Positions 48,417 through 58,260 of a DNA stretch of 64,000 bases are shown here, one piece after another. Each line of letters begins with the position of its first letter. The stretch's first letter is position 1. The notes beneath the pieces were generated by a model that had not been told where the DNA came from, did no database searches, and saw only the letters and a program-made list of their open reading frames with translations. This stretch comes from Candidatus Magasanikiibacteriota bacterium (GTDB lineage: Bacteria; Patescibacteriota; Patescibacteriia; Magasanikbacterales; UBA922): assembly GCA_021648085.1 (NCBI GenBank), contig JAKITS010000001.1, forward strand, positions 324,948 to 388,947. The letters are read 5' to 3'. The position numbers and the translations under genes are program-made.

Positions 48417-51060
48417 ATTTTTTTCTTCTTCTAATTAAATAAATTGTTTTTATAAACTCTATCAAAAACACATTTACAAGTCCAAAAATTATTAAAATTG
48501 TCCATTCTTTTAGACCAATTGGGACTGTTTTTAACAAAATTTGAAGTGGTTTAAGATATACAGCAGCAATAAGCATCAACCATCCAAACAAGACAGCGAG
48601 ATTTAAATACATATTGCCAAAAGGATTTCTCTCCCAAACATGATGACGCATACTTCTTACAGAAAAAATATAAAGAAGTGAATCTACAGCTAAACCAAGA
48701 AATACTATTGTGCGGGTTAGTTGTATATCTCCTGTAGTTTTCCAAAAGTACAAAAATATTCCCAAAAGCATTACATTTGCAACAATACTTATAATACCAA
48801 TCATTGCCTTCATTTCACCATCAATTAATTTTTCATTTTTCCTCCTTGGTGGTTCTTTCATATTTTCCTTTTCTCCTTTATCAAAAGCTAGTGCCATGTT
48901 TGGAAATGAATCTTCAATAATATTTATCCACAAAATCTGTGCTGGTAAAATCGGCAGAGGTAAGCCAACCACCAAACTAACAGAAATAAGAGTAATCTCT
49001 GCAAAACTCCCAGAAAGTAGGTACAAAACAACTTTTTTTACATTTTGATAAATTGTCCTTCCTTCTTCTACAGAATAAACAATTGTACTAAAATTATCAT
49101 CTAGCAATATCAAATCTGAAACTTCTTTTGCCACATCTGTCCCAGAACCAAGTGAAACCCCAATATCAGCACCTTTTAATGCTGGTGTGTCATTTACTCC
49201 GTCTCCTGTCATTGCTACTATTTCTCCATTCAATTGCAATGCTTTTACTATTCTCATTTTATCTCCTGGCTCAACTCTTGCAAAAATATTTACCTTTTCA
49301 ATAACTTTTCTAAGTGTTTTGTCATCAATTTTCTGTAAATCATCTCCAGACAAAACACTCTCTTTTGATATATTTAAACCAATTTTTTCTCCTATCGCTC
49401 TAGCTGTTTCTATGTGGTCTCCTGTTATCATTATTACCCTTATCCCAGCTTCTTGTGTTATTTTAAAAGTTTCTATTACATCAGCTCTTATTGGGTCTGA
49501 AATACCAACCAAGCCAAGCAGTATTAAGTTTTTTGTATCTTTAAAACTTAACTCATCTTTATCTTTTGAAAAAGTTTTATAACCAACCGACAACACACGC
49601 AGGCCACGACTAGCCAATTCTTTATGCTTTTTCTCAAAAAACTTTCTTTTTTCTGCCGTCATTTTAAAAACCTTCTCTCCTTTTCTATAAAATTCTGCTT
49701 TTTTCAAAATTACCTCTGGTGCACCTTTTATATACATTGAAGTTTTACTTTTTTCAGACTGCAAAACAGCTATATATTTTGTCCTACTTTCAAAAGGTAG
49801 TTCGTCTAATCTATGATTTCTTTTTTCAAGCTTTACCTTGTCCAAACCTATTTTATGCCCAAAATGTAAAAATGCAGCGTCTGTTGTATCACCAATTACA
49901 GAAACTTTTTTACCAACACTTTTTTGCAAATATGCATCATTTGCAAAAATACCAGCAAGTAAAATAAAATAAGCCTCTTTATTTTTCTTTAAATTATATT
50001 CATTTTCTACATCAAAATCATTGTTAACCGTAGAAATCTGTGTCACAAACATTTTACCTTCTGTAAGTGTTCCTGTTTTGTCTGTACATATTACACTTAC
50101 AGAACCTAGAGTTTCTGCTGATACAAGCCTACGCACCAAAGCTTTTTTCTTTAAAATCTTTTGCATTCCAATGGCCAAAATTACCGTCAAAGATATTACC
50201 AAACCTTCTGGAATTGCTGCTACTGCCATTGCTACAGAAACCTCAAAAAGCTCAACTATTTCATACTCTGCAAAAGGACTAAAAATACCAAGCAATATAA
50301 CAGCAAAAGAAACTAATACAATTAAAATTCCAAGTGTTTTTGCCAATTTTCTAAGCTGTTCTTGAAGTGGAGTACCTACATCTTCTGTTTCTTTTACAAG
50401 TTGTGCTACTTTCCCTATTTCTGTATTTACACCAATAGATGTTACCACAACCCTGGCAACACCGCTCGCCACGATTGTTCCTTTGTGTACCATATTTCTT
50501 CTATCTGGAAGTCTTGTATCTTTTTCTATTTTTTCTATTGTCTTTTTTACTGGCTCCACCTCTCCAGTAAGTAATGCCTCGTTTACCTTTAAGTCTTTTT
50601 CTTGAATTATCCTTCCATCTGCCTGTATTTTATCTCCAGCATTCAAAATCAAAATATCACCAACTGTCACACTTTCACTATTTAAACTAACAACATTTCC
50701 ACCACGCAAAACAACTGCCTTATACTTTATCATTGAACCAAGTTTTTGAAGTGCTCTATTAGCTTTGTCTTCCTGCACAAAGCCAATCACGGCATTTACA
50801 AGTGTTGTAATAAAAATAATTATCATGTCTGGATAATCCCCCAAAAAACCACTAATCGTTCCCGCTACAACCAAAATTATAATCAACGGACTTTTCCATT
50901 GATTCAAGAAAATCTTAAATCTGGAGATTCTTTCTCCAGCTGTAGAAAATTTATTTTTACCGTATTTTGCAATTCTTTTTTTCGCCTCATTATTGGATAA
51001 ACCCTCTCTAGAACTGTTCAATTTCTTCAAAACATGTGCTATATTTTGTGCATGATGCAT
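48406..51060 (-). CDS. cation-transporting P-type ATPase (P2, Ca2+/Mg2+ type)
   Basis: DKTGTLT, TGDGVNDTPAL, and a 10-TM layout. 884 aa. Confidence 0.92.
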   Translation of the reverse strand: MHHAQNIAHVLKKLNSSREGLSNNEAKKRIAKYGKNKFSTAGERISRFKIFLNQWKSPLIIILVVAGTISGFLGDYPDMIIIFITTLVNAVIGFVQEDKANRALQKLGSMIKYKAVVLRGGNVVSLNSESVTVGDILILNAGDKIQADGRIIQEKDLKVNEALLTGEVEPVKKTIEKIEKDTRLPDRRNMVHKGTIVASGVARVVVTSIGVNTEIGKVAQLVKETEDVGTPLQEQLRKLAKTLGILIVLVSFAVILLGIFSPFAEYEIVELFEVSVAMAVAAIPEGLVISLTVILAIGMQKILKKKALVRRLVSAETLGSVSVICTDKTGTLTEGKMFVTQISTVNNDFDVENEYNLKKNKEAYFILLAGIFANDAYLQKSVGKKVSVIGDTTDAAFLHFGHKIGLDKVKLEKRNHRLDELPFESRTKYIAVLQSEKSKTSMYIKGAPEVILKKAEFYRKGEKVFKMTAEKRKFFEKKHKELASRGLRVLSVGYKTFSKDKDELSFKDTKNLILLGLVGISDPIRADVIETFKITQEAGIRVIMITGDHIETARAIGEKIGLNISKESVLSGDDLQKIDDKTLRKVIEKVNIFARVEPGDKMRIVKALQLNGEIVAMTGDGVNDTPALKGADIGVSLGSGTDVAKEVSDLILLDDNFSTIVYSVEEGRTIYQNVKKVVLYLLSGSFAEITLISVSLVVGLPLPILPAQILWINIIEDSFPNMALAFDKGEKENMKEPPRRKNEKLIDGEMKAMIGIISIVANVMLLGIFLYFWKTTGDIQLTRTIVFLGLAVDSLLYIFSVRSMRHHVWERNPFGNMYLNLAVLFGWLMLIAAVYLKPLQILLKTVPIGLKEWTILIIFGLVNVFLIEFIKTIYLIRRRKKYDR

Positions 51061-51165
51061 ATTTTAACAAAAAAACTTGATTTTTTTCTATAAATAGTAT
51101 ATCATATTTAAGTCTATATTTTATAAAAGTGTGTAAATACTAAAAAGTGATAAATATTACAAAAT

Positions 51166-51238
51166 GATCTGGTAGCTCAGTAGGTAGAGCAGCAGCCTTT
51201 TAAGCTGATGGTCGTGGGTTCGATCCCCACCCAGGTCA
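51166..51238 (+). tRNA. tRNA-Lys(UUU)
   Basis: GATCTGG-TA-GCTCAGTAGGTAGAGC-A-GCAGC-CTTTTAA-GCTGA-TGGTC-GTGGGTTCGATCCCCAC-CCAGGTC-A. Confidence 0.88.
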
Positions 51239-51312
51239 CAAAAAAAACATCTTAATTGGTGTTTTTTTATTTTTAATGTAAAATAGATATAAATTCTACA
51301 AAGGAGGGAAAA

Positions 51313-51594
51313 ATGGAAGCTGTAAGTATTAGTTCTGCAATTAATTCAATCTTAATAATCATTGGAATTCTGTATTTTACAGGAATTGCTCTTTACACAT
51401 TTACAATATTAGTAGATAAATCAAAAAAGTTTACGCAAAGAAAAATATTAAAAGTAATGATTCTTTTTTCTATACCTTTATTTGTCATAACTTTTTCAAG
51501 TATCTCAATGTCAAGCTCTGGTGCAAGTATTTTTATATACTGTTCACTTTTTATCTTATCAATCTTTTTTGTAATAACTTGGCACAAAACATAG
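51313..51594 (+). CDS. small 3-TM membrane protein, cassette 1
   Basis: RBS AAGGAGGG. Followed by the terminator AAAGCACCTAAACTGGGTGCTTTT. Confidence 0.5.
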   Translation: MEAVSISSAINSILIIIGILYFTGIALYTFTILVDKSKKFTQRKILKVMILFSIPLFVITFSSISMSSSGASIFIYCSLFILSIFFVITWHKT

Positions 51595-51597
51595 TAA

Positions 51598-51624
51598 CAA
51601 AAAAGCACCTAAACTGGGTGCTTT
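51598..51624 (+). terminator. cassette terminator 1 (GCACCTAAACTGGGTGC hairpin)
   Basis: First of three near-identical hairpins (see 52028 and 52436). Confidence 0.7.
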
Positions 51625-51696
51625 TAATTTACAAAAATATAAAAAAATGGTAGTATGAAGTAGGTCTTATTTTTTTACACCCAAAAGGAGGTACAA

Positions 51697-52020
51697 ATGT
51701 CTGAATTTCTAAATTCAATTGTAAATATTAATACCTACTCACTATTGCACTTTTTAGTTATAATTACTTTTATATTTATTATGATTTCAATAATTTGTCA
51801 GGTTTTTTTGAAAAAATATTATTATATACTTGTTATTTCAGTTTGTTCTACACTCTTGTTTTCTGTGATTACTTTTTCCACAGGACTTTATTATATGATA
51901 TTCGACTTATCTTCAGAACTTAGTATTATGATATATGTAAGTTTAGTGCTTATTTTTATAAATATGATCATAAATGCTTTAAATATGAACTGGGTGTTAG
52001 ATAAATATAAAAAGGTATAG
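51697..52020 (+). CDS. small 3-TM membrane protein, cassette 2
   Basis: RBS AAAGGAGG. Own TTTACA/TAGTAT promoter. Followed by terminator copy 2. Confidence 0.5.
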   Translation: MSEFLNSIVNINTYSLLHFLVIITFIFIMISIICQVFLKKYYYILVISVCSTLLFSVITFSTGLYYMIFDLSSELSIMIYVSLVLIFINMIINALNMNWVLDKYKKV

Positions 52021-52027
52021 AAACAGT

Positions 52028-52053
52028 AAAGCACCTAAATTAGGTGCTTTTTT
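52028..52053 (+). terminator. cassette terminator 2 (GCACCTAAATTAGGTGC hairpin)
   Basis: Repeat of the terminator at 51598. Confidence 0.7.
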
Positions 52054-52055
52054 AA

Positions 52056-52083
52056 TTGACAAAATATCTAAAAAATGATAATG
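52056..52083 (+). promoter_or_regulatory. cassette promoter (TTGACA - 15/16 nt - GATAAT), fused to the preceding terminator repeat
   Basis: TTAATTGACA follows the terminator in copies 2 and 3; copy 1 has TTAATTTACA. Confidence 0.55.
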
Positions 52084-52122
52084 TAGTGTTTGAAAATAAA
52101 CCAAAAAAATAGAGGAATACGC

Positions 52123-52446
52123 GTGAATTATCTAGAAATTCTAAAAACACTTATAATGTTTAGTTTATTTTCAATAGCACTGCACATTATATTTTATATG
52201 TTTTTTGCAGGAAATCCCTATTCAACATTTGGTAAATCTAACGCAACTTTGGAAAAAACATCCACATCTAGCACTTTGACAATCACAGGACTTACAAGTT
52301 TAGCCTGGATTTATCTAGCTTTTGTAGAAAAAATAGAGATGAGTACAAAAATTACAGCAATTTGCTTTATTATAATCTGTATTTTTTTTGGAATTTTAAT
52401 ATCCCAATCTAAAACATTTAAAAGTGATAATCCACGAAGCACCTAA
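52123..52446 (+). CDS. small 3-TM membrane protein, cassette 3 (GTG start assumed)
   Basis: The ORF-track start at 52090 lies before the predicted -10 (52077-52082) and TSS. AGAGGAA RBS precedes in-frame GTG at 52123. Confidence 0.45.
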   Translation: MNYLEILKTLIMFSLFSIALHIIFYMFFAGNPYSTFGKSNATLEKTSTSSTLTITGLTSLAWIYLAFVEKIEMSTKITAICFIIICIFFGILISQSKTFKSDNPRST

Positions 52447-52462
52447 TTTAGGTGCTTTTTTA
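52436..52462 (+). terminator. cassette terminator 3 (GCACCTAATTTAGGTGC hairpin)
   Basis: Repeat of the terminator at 51598. Confidence 0.7.
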
Positions 52463-52523
52463 ATTGACAGCTTTGATAAAAAAATATTATGCTAAATAGA
52501 GTTCTTTAACAAAGGAGTTCCCA

Positions 52524-52820
52524 ATGAATGAGTTCATTTACAGATCGCTTTTTGTTGTTGCAGATTTTGCTTGCTTATTTACAATTGTTTTATTACTTCC
52601 ATATTATGTTTATCCAAGAATAAAACTCAAACTTATTCCACGAGCTAAAAATTTAAAAGCATTATCTTTTTCTTCTTTTACAACAGCATTTCTATATTTT
52701 ATATGTTTTCTAGAAAATTATACTTGGTATTTTCTACTTACTTCTATAATATTTATAGTCTCATCTATGTTTTTTATGGGGCAACTAATAGAATATAAAC
52801 GCAAAACAACGGGTAAATAA
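52524..52820 (+). CDS. small 3-TM membrane protein, cassette 4
   Basis: RBS AAAGGAG. Different terminator (CCCGTTGTTTTTTT). Confidence 0.5.
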   Translation: MNEFIYRSLFVVADFACLFTIVLLLPYYVYPRIKLKLIPRAKNLKALSFSSFTTAFLYFICFLENYTWYFLLTSIIFIVSSMFFMGQLIEYKRKTTGK

Positions 52821-52848
52821 CCCGTTGTTTTTTTAAATTATTTATGTT

Positions 52849-53919
52849 TTATCTTCCAAACAGCTCATCTATAATACTAATTATATCTTTTTCTTTAGCG
52901 ATTGGAAGTAAACTATTCAATCTCTCCCCCATTTCTTTCATTTTATTTTTATTTTGAAGTAAGTCTTTTATTACTTTTGCCAATTCTACTCCACTTATTA
53001 AATTATTATTAAAACTAAGTAAAGCACCGCTAGACGATAAAAATTTTACATTATCCTCTTGATGACCCTCGTTTGGAATTATAATTACTGCCTTTTTTAA
53101 TGCTGCAACCTCAGTTAAAGTTCCAAAACCTCCACGCGCTACCACCAATTCAGAAATAGCATAAGCGTCTTTCATTTCTTCTGTAAAAAAATCAAATTGA
53201 AAATAATTTTCAAACTCTTTAAATTTTTCATTATCCTCACTTTTATTTTTTCCAGTCAAATGAATTATCTGGCATATTCCTTTTAAGTGTGGCAAAGACT
53301 CTATTACAAGCCTGTTTATTTTTAAAGATCCGGTTCCACCTCCCATTACAAAAACAACTGGCAAGTCTGATTTTAATCCAAAACCTTGAAAAACTTTTTC
53401 TTTATTACCAATTAAAATTTCTTCTCGAACAGGGTTTCCAAGCCACTCAACTTTTTTTGCAGAAAAATTTACAACTCCCTCCTCCAAAGCTGTGGTTATT
53501 TTTATTGCAAAAAATGACATTATTTTATTGGAAAGCCCAACTTTTACATCTTGCTGATGAATCCAAGTTGGAACTCCCATAATCCACGCTATGAAATGCA
53601 CTGGAACAGAAACAAATCCGCCCGCAGAAATACACAAGTCTGGTTTTTCTTTCCACAAAATTTTGAATGACTGCAAAAAACCAAAACAAATTTTAAATAA
53701 ATCTGTAAAATTCCAAAAAGACAGATAACGGCGAAATTTTCCAGAAGAAATAGCAAGAAATGGTATGTTATATTTTTTAACCAACTCTTTTTCTGGTCCA
53801 GTCTTTGTGCCAACCCAAACAAATTCTATTTTCTTATCTTTTTTTTCTAACACTTCTTTTATTGCAAGCAGTGGTGTTACTGGACCAAGTGTCCCGCCAC
53901 CAGAAAAAATTATTTTCAT
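52849..53919 (-). CDS. murG: UDP-GlcNAc:lipid I N-acetylglucosaminyltransferase
   Basis: GGGTLGPVTP N-terminal motif and GT28 C-terminal domain. Overlaps ftsW by 4 nt. Confidence 0.88.
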   Translation of the reverse strand: MKIIFSGGGTLGPVTPLLAIKEVLEKKDKKIEFVWVGTKTGPEKELVKKYNIPFLAISSGKFRRYLSFWNFTDLFKICFGFLQSFKILWKEKPDLCISAGGFVSVPVHFIAWIMGVPTWIHQQDVKVGLSNKIMSFFAIKITTALEEGVVNFSAKKVEWLGNPVREEILIGNKEKVFQGFGLKSDLPVVFVMGGGTGSLKINRLVIESLPHLKGICQIIHLTGKNKSEDNEKFKEFENYFQFDFFTEEMKDAYAISELVVARGGFGTLTEVAALKKAVIIIPNEGHQEDNVKFLSSSGALLSFNNNLISGVELAKVIKDLLQNKNKMKEMGERLNSLLPIAKEKDIISIIDELFGR

Positions 53920-55031
53920 AAACGATATTTAATTCTATTTTTTGATATATTTATAAGTATTCCAACCGAAGCCATAGAAATCATTAGTGCTGTCCCTCCA
54001 TGGCTTACAAATGGAAGTGGCACACCAGTAAGTGGTACTAAACCAACCATTGCACCAATATTAAAAAAAGATTGGACTATAAACCATATCATTATTCCAA
54101 ATACAAGAAATTTTGCAAAATCGTCGTGAGACTGTTTTGCAAGTTTTACCATACGAAAGCTTATTGCTACAAGTAAAATTATAAAAGCGACAACAATAAC
54201 AAAGCCTAGTTCTTCTGCCATAATAGCAAAAATACTATCTGCGTGGACTTCTGGTAAATATTGAAATTTTTGCCTTGAGTGTCCAAGTCCAAAACCAAAC
54301 CAACCTCCAGAACCTATTGCCAAAAAAGCCTGATTTATATGATAGCCTATTCCTTGCGGATCTAACTCTGGATGCATAAAAGTCATAAGTCTTTCTGCTC
54401 TGTGTGGCACGAGAGCTATCATAAGAATAAATGCACCAACCCCAGCAGACAAAAGTACTCCTAAATGGGAATATTTTGCACCAGCCAAAAATAGCATACC
54501 AAAAATTACTGCAAAAAGTATACTAGCTGTTCCAATATCTGGCTGAAATACAATAAGTCCGATTGGTAAAATACCTAAAAATAGAGCTGTCAAAAACCCT
54601 GTTTTAAATTTTTCTATAGAACTACCCAAATCAGCCAGATAACTTGCAAAGAAGATGATAGTCCCTAATTTTACAATTTCTGCAGGCTGAAAAGAAAAAG
54701 ATCCGAACACAATCCAACTTTGTGCAGTAGTTCCAAAACTAGATCCCATTCCAGGAATTAAAACTAATATCACCAAAACCAAAGAGACAAAATAAATAAA
54801 CAAAGACATCTTTTTCAAAAAAGTATATGGTATTTTACTCAACAAAATAAAAAGGAATAATCCAGGTAAAAAACCATACAAAATTTGTCTTTTTAGAAAA
54901 AAATAACCATCTCCAAACCTCTCAAACCCAACAACAGAACTTGCAGAAGCTAGCAAAATTAATCCAAAAAAAATAAGAACCCCAAAATATGACAAAAGAA
55001 GATAGTCTACTTTAGATTTATCTATTGCCAT
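53916..55031 (-). CDS. ftsW: SEDS-family peptidoglycan glycosyltransferase FtsW/RodA
   Basis: 371 aa, 10 TM. Conserved loop including the conserved SEDS Asp (DIGTASIL). Confidence 0.88.
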   Translation of the reverse strand: MAIDKSKVDYLLLSYFGVLIFFGLILLASASSVVGFERFGDGYFFLKRQILYGFLPGLFLFILLSKIPYTFLKKMSLFIYFVSLVLVILVLIPGMGSSFGTTAQSWIVFGSFSFQPAEIVKLGTIIFFASYLADLGSSIEKFKTGFLTALFLGILPIGLIVFQPDIGTASILFAVIFGMLFLAGAKYSHLGVLLSAGVGAFILMIALVPHRAERLMTFMHPELDPQGIGYHINQAFLAIGSGGWFGFGLGHSRQKFQYLPEVHADSIFAIMAEELGFVIVVAFIILLVAISFRMVKLAKQSHDDFAKFLVFGIMIWFIVQSFFNIGAMVGLVPLTGVPLPFVSHGGTALMISMASVGILINISKNRIKYRL

Positions 55032-55034
55032 AAG

Positions 55035-55397
55035 CTAAAGATTCAAAAAAACTATCAATAATGTCGCCACTAGTAAAAAAACTTGGCAAATAAGATTTAC
55101 AGCATTCAATATGTACGCTATAAATTTATCTTTATGAAACAAAACCCAACCTAAAATAAAATTTATAATTAGGATAAAAATTCCTGTAATTGGTAAATAT
55201 AAAATATTCCACCACTCTCCTATTAAGTCTACACCAAATAATATGTTATAATGCAAAAAAATAGGATCTTGCTGTGGACCGAGAACATACAAAAGCCAAA
55301 ACCACATAAATATGTTTACTAGCAACGACAAAATAACCATTGATAATATAGCTGGTTGTTTTATATAAAGTTTTAATGGGTAAGTTGTTCTAGCCAT
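55035..55397 (-). CDS. hypothetical membrane protein (120 aa)
   Basis: 3-4 TM ORF upstream of ftsW. Confidence 0.45.
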   Translation of the reverse strand: MARTTYPLKLYIKQPAILSMVILSLLVNIFMWFWLLYVLGPQQDPIFLHYNILFGVDLIGEWWNILYLPITGIFILIINFILGWVLFHKDKFIAYILNAVNLICQVFLLVATLLIVFLNL

Positions 55398-55437
55398 ACA
55401 ACTATTATATTTTATTAATAGGTTAAAGTAAAGAATT

Positions 55438-55905
55438 ATGTATATAACTATAATCTCTGTTGGAAAACTAAAAGAAGAATATTGGAAAATTCTTTATGAA
55501 GAATATTTAAAAAGAATAAATCCTTATGCTAAAATAACTGTTAAAGAAGTTATTGGCGTTCCATTTCGCAATGGAGATAATTTAGAAAAAATAAAAGAAA
55601 TAGAACTGACTGCAATAGAAAAACAAATAGAAAAAGATAGTTTTGTTATTTTTCTGAAAGAAAATGGAAAAGAATATTCTTCTGTTGAGTTTTCCAAATT
55701 TTTAGAAAAAAAAACTAGTACAGGACAACACATAACTTTTGTAATTGCTGGTGCACTCGGTTTTGCAGAAAAACACATAGATTTAGAAAACTCATCGCTT
55801 TCTTTATCTAAAATGACTTTTCCACACAAAATGGCTAGAATTGTACTTTTAGAGCAAATTTACAGAGCTATTACAATTAAAACTGGAAAAAAATATCATT
55901 ATTAA
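55438..55905 (+). CDS. rlmH: 23S rRNA (pseudouridine1915-N3)-methyltransferase RlmH (SPOUT)
   Basis: 155 aa. C-terminal SPOUT knot motifs (VIAGALGF, ARIVLLEQIYRA). Confidence 0.85.
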   Translation: MYITIISVGKLKEEYWKILYEEYLKRINPYAKITVKEVIGVPFRNGDNLEKIKEIELTAIEKQIEKDSFVIFLKENGKEYSSVEFSKFLEKKTSTGQHITFVIAGALGFAEKHIDLENSSLSLSKMTFPHKMARIVLLEQIYRAITIKTGKKYHY

Positions 55906-56155
55906 TATAATAACTTCGGACTTCGGTTAATTAAAAAAGATGGTCTAATTTTTCTGTCATCATAAGTTTGACTGCGGATCCAGAGTTTATGTCACTATTC
56001 TTTGGATTATTATATAAGTTTATATTTGTATTCTACATATTGCTATATAAAACAGTTTTTACTAGTATTCCCTGGATTCGAGATCTGAATCTGGAATGAC
56101 AGACTTGTTTTTTATTAACTTCTAAATACTAATTATTAATTTAGCACCTTAAACC

Positions 56156-56184
56156 TTGACAAAAATGCTTATATATCCTATAAT
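56156..56184 (+). promoter_or_regulatory. consensus sigma70 promoter for rpmA (TTGACA - 17 - TATAAT)
   Basis: TTGACA at 56156-56161 and TATAAT at 56179-56184. Confidence 0.65.
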
Positions 56185-56230
56185 ATGAGCACTTTAATAA
56201 ACAACCGAAATAGATTTAATCTAATTTTAT

Positions 56231-56524
56231 ATGGCACATAAAAAGGCGGGTGGTTCCACCAGGCTGGGCCGTGATTCCAAAGCACAATACCTAGGGGTAA
56301 AAGTTGGCGACGGACAAACAGTCACAGCTGGAAGCGTATTGATACGCCAAAGAGGAACAAAATGGCACCCAGGTACAAATGTACGCAAAGGAAAAGATGA
56401 CACACTTTTTGCAACTATTGCTGGAATTGTAAAATTTCAAAAGAAGAATAGAAGAAAGTTTGACGGATCACTGAAATTTACAACCTTTGTAAATATTTTA
56501 GAAACAAACAAAGAAGAAAAATAA
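56231..56524 (+). CDS. rpmA: 50S ribosomal protein L27
   Basis: [17 protein letters not shown]-terminus. Confidence 0.92.
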   Translation: MAHKKAGGSTRLGRDSKAQYLGVKVGDGQTVTAGSVLIRQRGTKWHPGTNVRKGKDDTLFATIAGIVKFQKKNRRKFDGSLKFTTFVNILETNKEEK

Positions 56525-56547
56525 ACTTCGCTCCACGAAGTATTATT

Positions 56548-56582
56548 AAAAAACTACGGCTTATTTGCCGTAGTTTTATTTT
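56548..56582. terminator. bidirectional terminator AAAACTACGGC-ttatttg-CCGTAGTTTTATTTT
   Basis: Sits between convergent rpmA and the 56581 ORF. Confidence 0.7.
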
Positions 56583-57126
56583 AGTTTCTGTGCTTTTCAT
56601 CAGCAATTTTTAAGTTTTCTCCAAAACCCAGAAACTCGTAAAGATTAGTTTCCATATCATTTCCTTCCAATTCTAATGCCCAAGTCTTTGACCAAAATCT
56701 ATCACCATCCTCATCCACTTTTATGACAAGCTGATCTTTTGGTGGTTTTAAAAATTGTGGTTTATTTTCTAAAACCTCCTTTCTATCATATGGATATACC
56801 AATTGTCTATTATACCAAAATAAAAAATGATGGGCTTCGGTTGCTCTGTAAACTGTCGTTAGAGATCTTTTAAAAAATTTTGCAGAACCTTTTGTTGAAT
56901 TTGGAACTTCTGGCTCTCCAAAAAACATTATTAAACCCGGTTCTTTTTTTAATAAACTTTCAGATTTACCATTCCAAACCTCTATTTTTACAGCGTTATC
57001 ATCTCCAGTTATTTCTATAAACTCCGCCAATATATCAAATATTCTAGGACAAGTTTCCAAAAAATAGTCTGTAGAATAAAACCACGGCACATAAAGAGTT
57101 ACGCTTTTTTTCATTATATCCCCCAT
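56581..57126 (-). CDS. hypothetical protein (181 aa)
   Basis: ORF only. Confidence 0.45.
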   Translation of the reverse strand: MGDIMKKSVTLYVPWFYSTDYFLETCPRIFDILAEFIEITGDDNAVKIEVWNGKSESLLKKEPGLIMFFGEPEVPNSTKGSAKFFKRSLTTVYRATEAHHFLFWYNRQLVYPYDRKEVLENKPQFLKPPKDQLVIKVDEDGDRFWSKTWALELEGNDMETNLYEFLGFGENLKIADEKHRN

Positions 57127-57220
57127 TTTTTTATTTTTAAAAGAGCTTCACTATATTTAGCTTAGCAGACAAAACATAAAAACACCAAATTTGGTGTTTT
57201 TATGTTTTTATCATTAAGTT

Positions 57221-57955
57221 TTAGAGACTAGATTCTATTGCAGATGTAAACAACTCAACATTTAATGTATTAGGCTCAAACCTTTCTCCATTTAAAAAGA
57301 AAGTTGGCGTTCCTTGGACATTCATTGCATTTCCGGAAGCAATATCTGTTTTAATTTTATTTTCTACCTCATCACTGGAAAAATCTTGCAAAAACTTATC
57401 TCTGTCTAAACCCAATTCTTCCGCATATTCTACAAATTTTTCTTTTGCTTTACTACTACTTGCCCAGCTAGACTGTCGTGAATAAAGTAAGTCATGCATC
57501 TCCCAAAATTTATCCTGTTTTCTGGCCGCCTCTGATGCTCTAGATGCATCAAATGCATTTGGGTGAATAGATTCAAGTGGATAATGCCTATAAACCACTT
57601 GCAGACCCCCACTCATCTTTTCATAAGCTCCACTTACAACACTGCTATACTGCTTACATCCTCCACATTGAAAATCTGCATATTCCACTAAAACTGCAAC
57701 TGCTTCTGGATTTCCTTTTACCACATCATCTACTCTTATTTCTTGTGGATTTTCCACTTTTGGTGAAGTTTCTATATTATTTTTCAACCACCAAAATCCT
57801 ACCACAACCAAAACACCTACAACCCCCCAAATCACAATATTTTTTATCTTTTTACTTTTTTCTGCTTTTTCTTTATTTTCCTTATCCTCTTCTTTTCTTT
57901 TATCTCTCCTTTCTCTCTTTGTTAAATTATGTTCATTTTGTATTTCTTCTTCCAT
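57221..57955 (-). CDS. DsbA-like thiol:disulfide oxidoreductase (membrane-anchored, CGGC active site)
   Basis: Lys/Glu-rich N-terminus, TM, then a thioredoxin fold with YADFQCGGCKQY. Confidence 0.6.
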   Translation of the reverse strand: MEEEIQNEHNLTKRERRDKRKEEDKENKEKAEKSKKIKNIVIWGVVGVLVVVGFWWLKNNIETSPKVENPQEIRVDDVVKGNPEAVAVLVEYADFQCGGCKQYSSVVSGAYEKMSGGLQVVYRHYPLESIHPNAFDASRASEAARKQDKFWEMHDLLYSRQSSWASSSKAKEKFVEYAEELGLDRDKFLQDFSSDEVENKIKTDIASGNAMNVQGTPTFFLNGERFEPNTLNVELFTSAIESSL

Positions 57956-58048
57956 ATTTTATTATTATTTTAAGTTTTTAAATTATACTTTAAAGTTAAG
58001 TTTAGTGCAATAAAAAAAACTCAGATTTTATTCTGAGTTTTTTTATTT

Positions 58049-58255
58049 TTATTTTTTTAAAAACTTTTTAGATATAAATACCAAATATAAACCAGATAAT
58101 CCATACAAAATATACAAAAACCTAGTTAAATAAGAAAACTCTCCAAACAAATATGAAATCAAATTGAAATCAAAAAAACCAATCAATCCCCAATTTAGAG
58201 CGCCAATAATAACTAACCCAAAAACTAACTTATCCAAAAATTTAATCCTCCCCAT
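58049..58255 (-). CDS. DUF378-family small membrane protein
   Basis: GALNWGLIGFF motif typical of DUF378. Confidence 0.55.
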   Translation of the reverse strand: MGRIKFLDKLVFGLVIIGALNWGLIGFFDFNLISYLFGEFSYLTRFLYILYGLSGLYLVFISKKFLKK

Positions 58256-58260
58256 ATTTT

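Noticed and set aside
51313-52840. Integron cassette array
   Set aside because: The repeated elements are terminator-promoter modules, not attC sites. Each cassette carries its own promoter. No intI or attI nearby.
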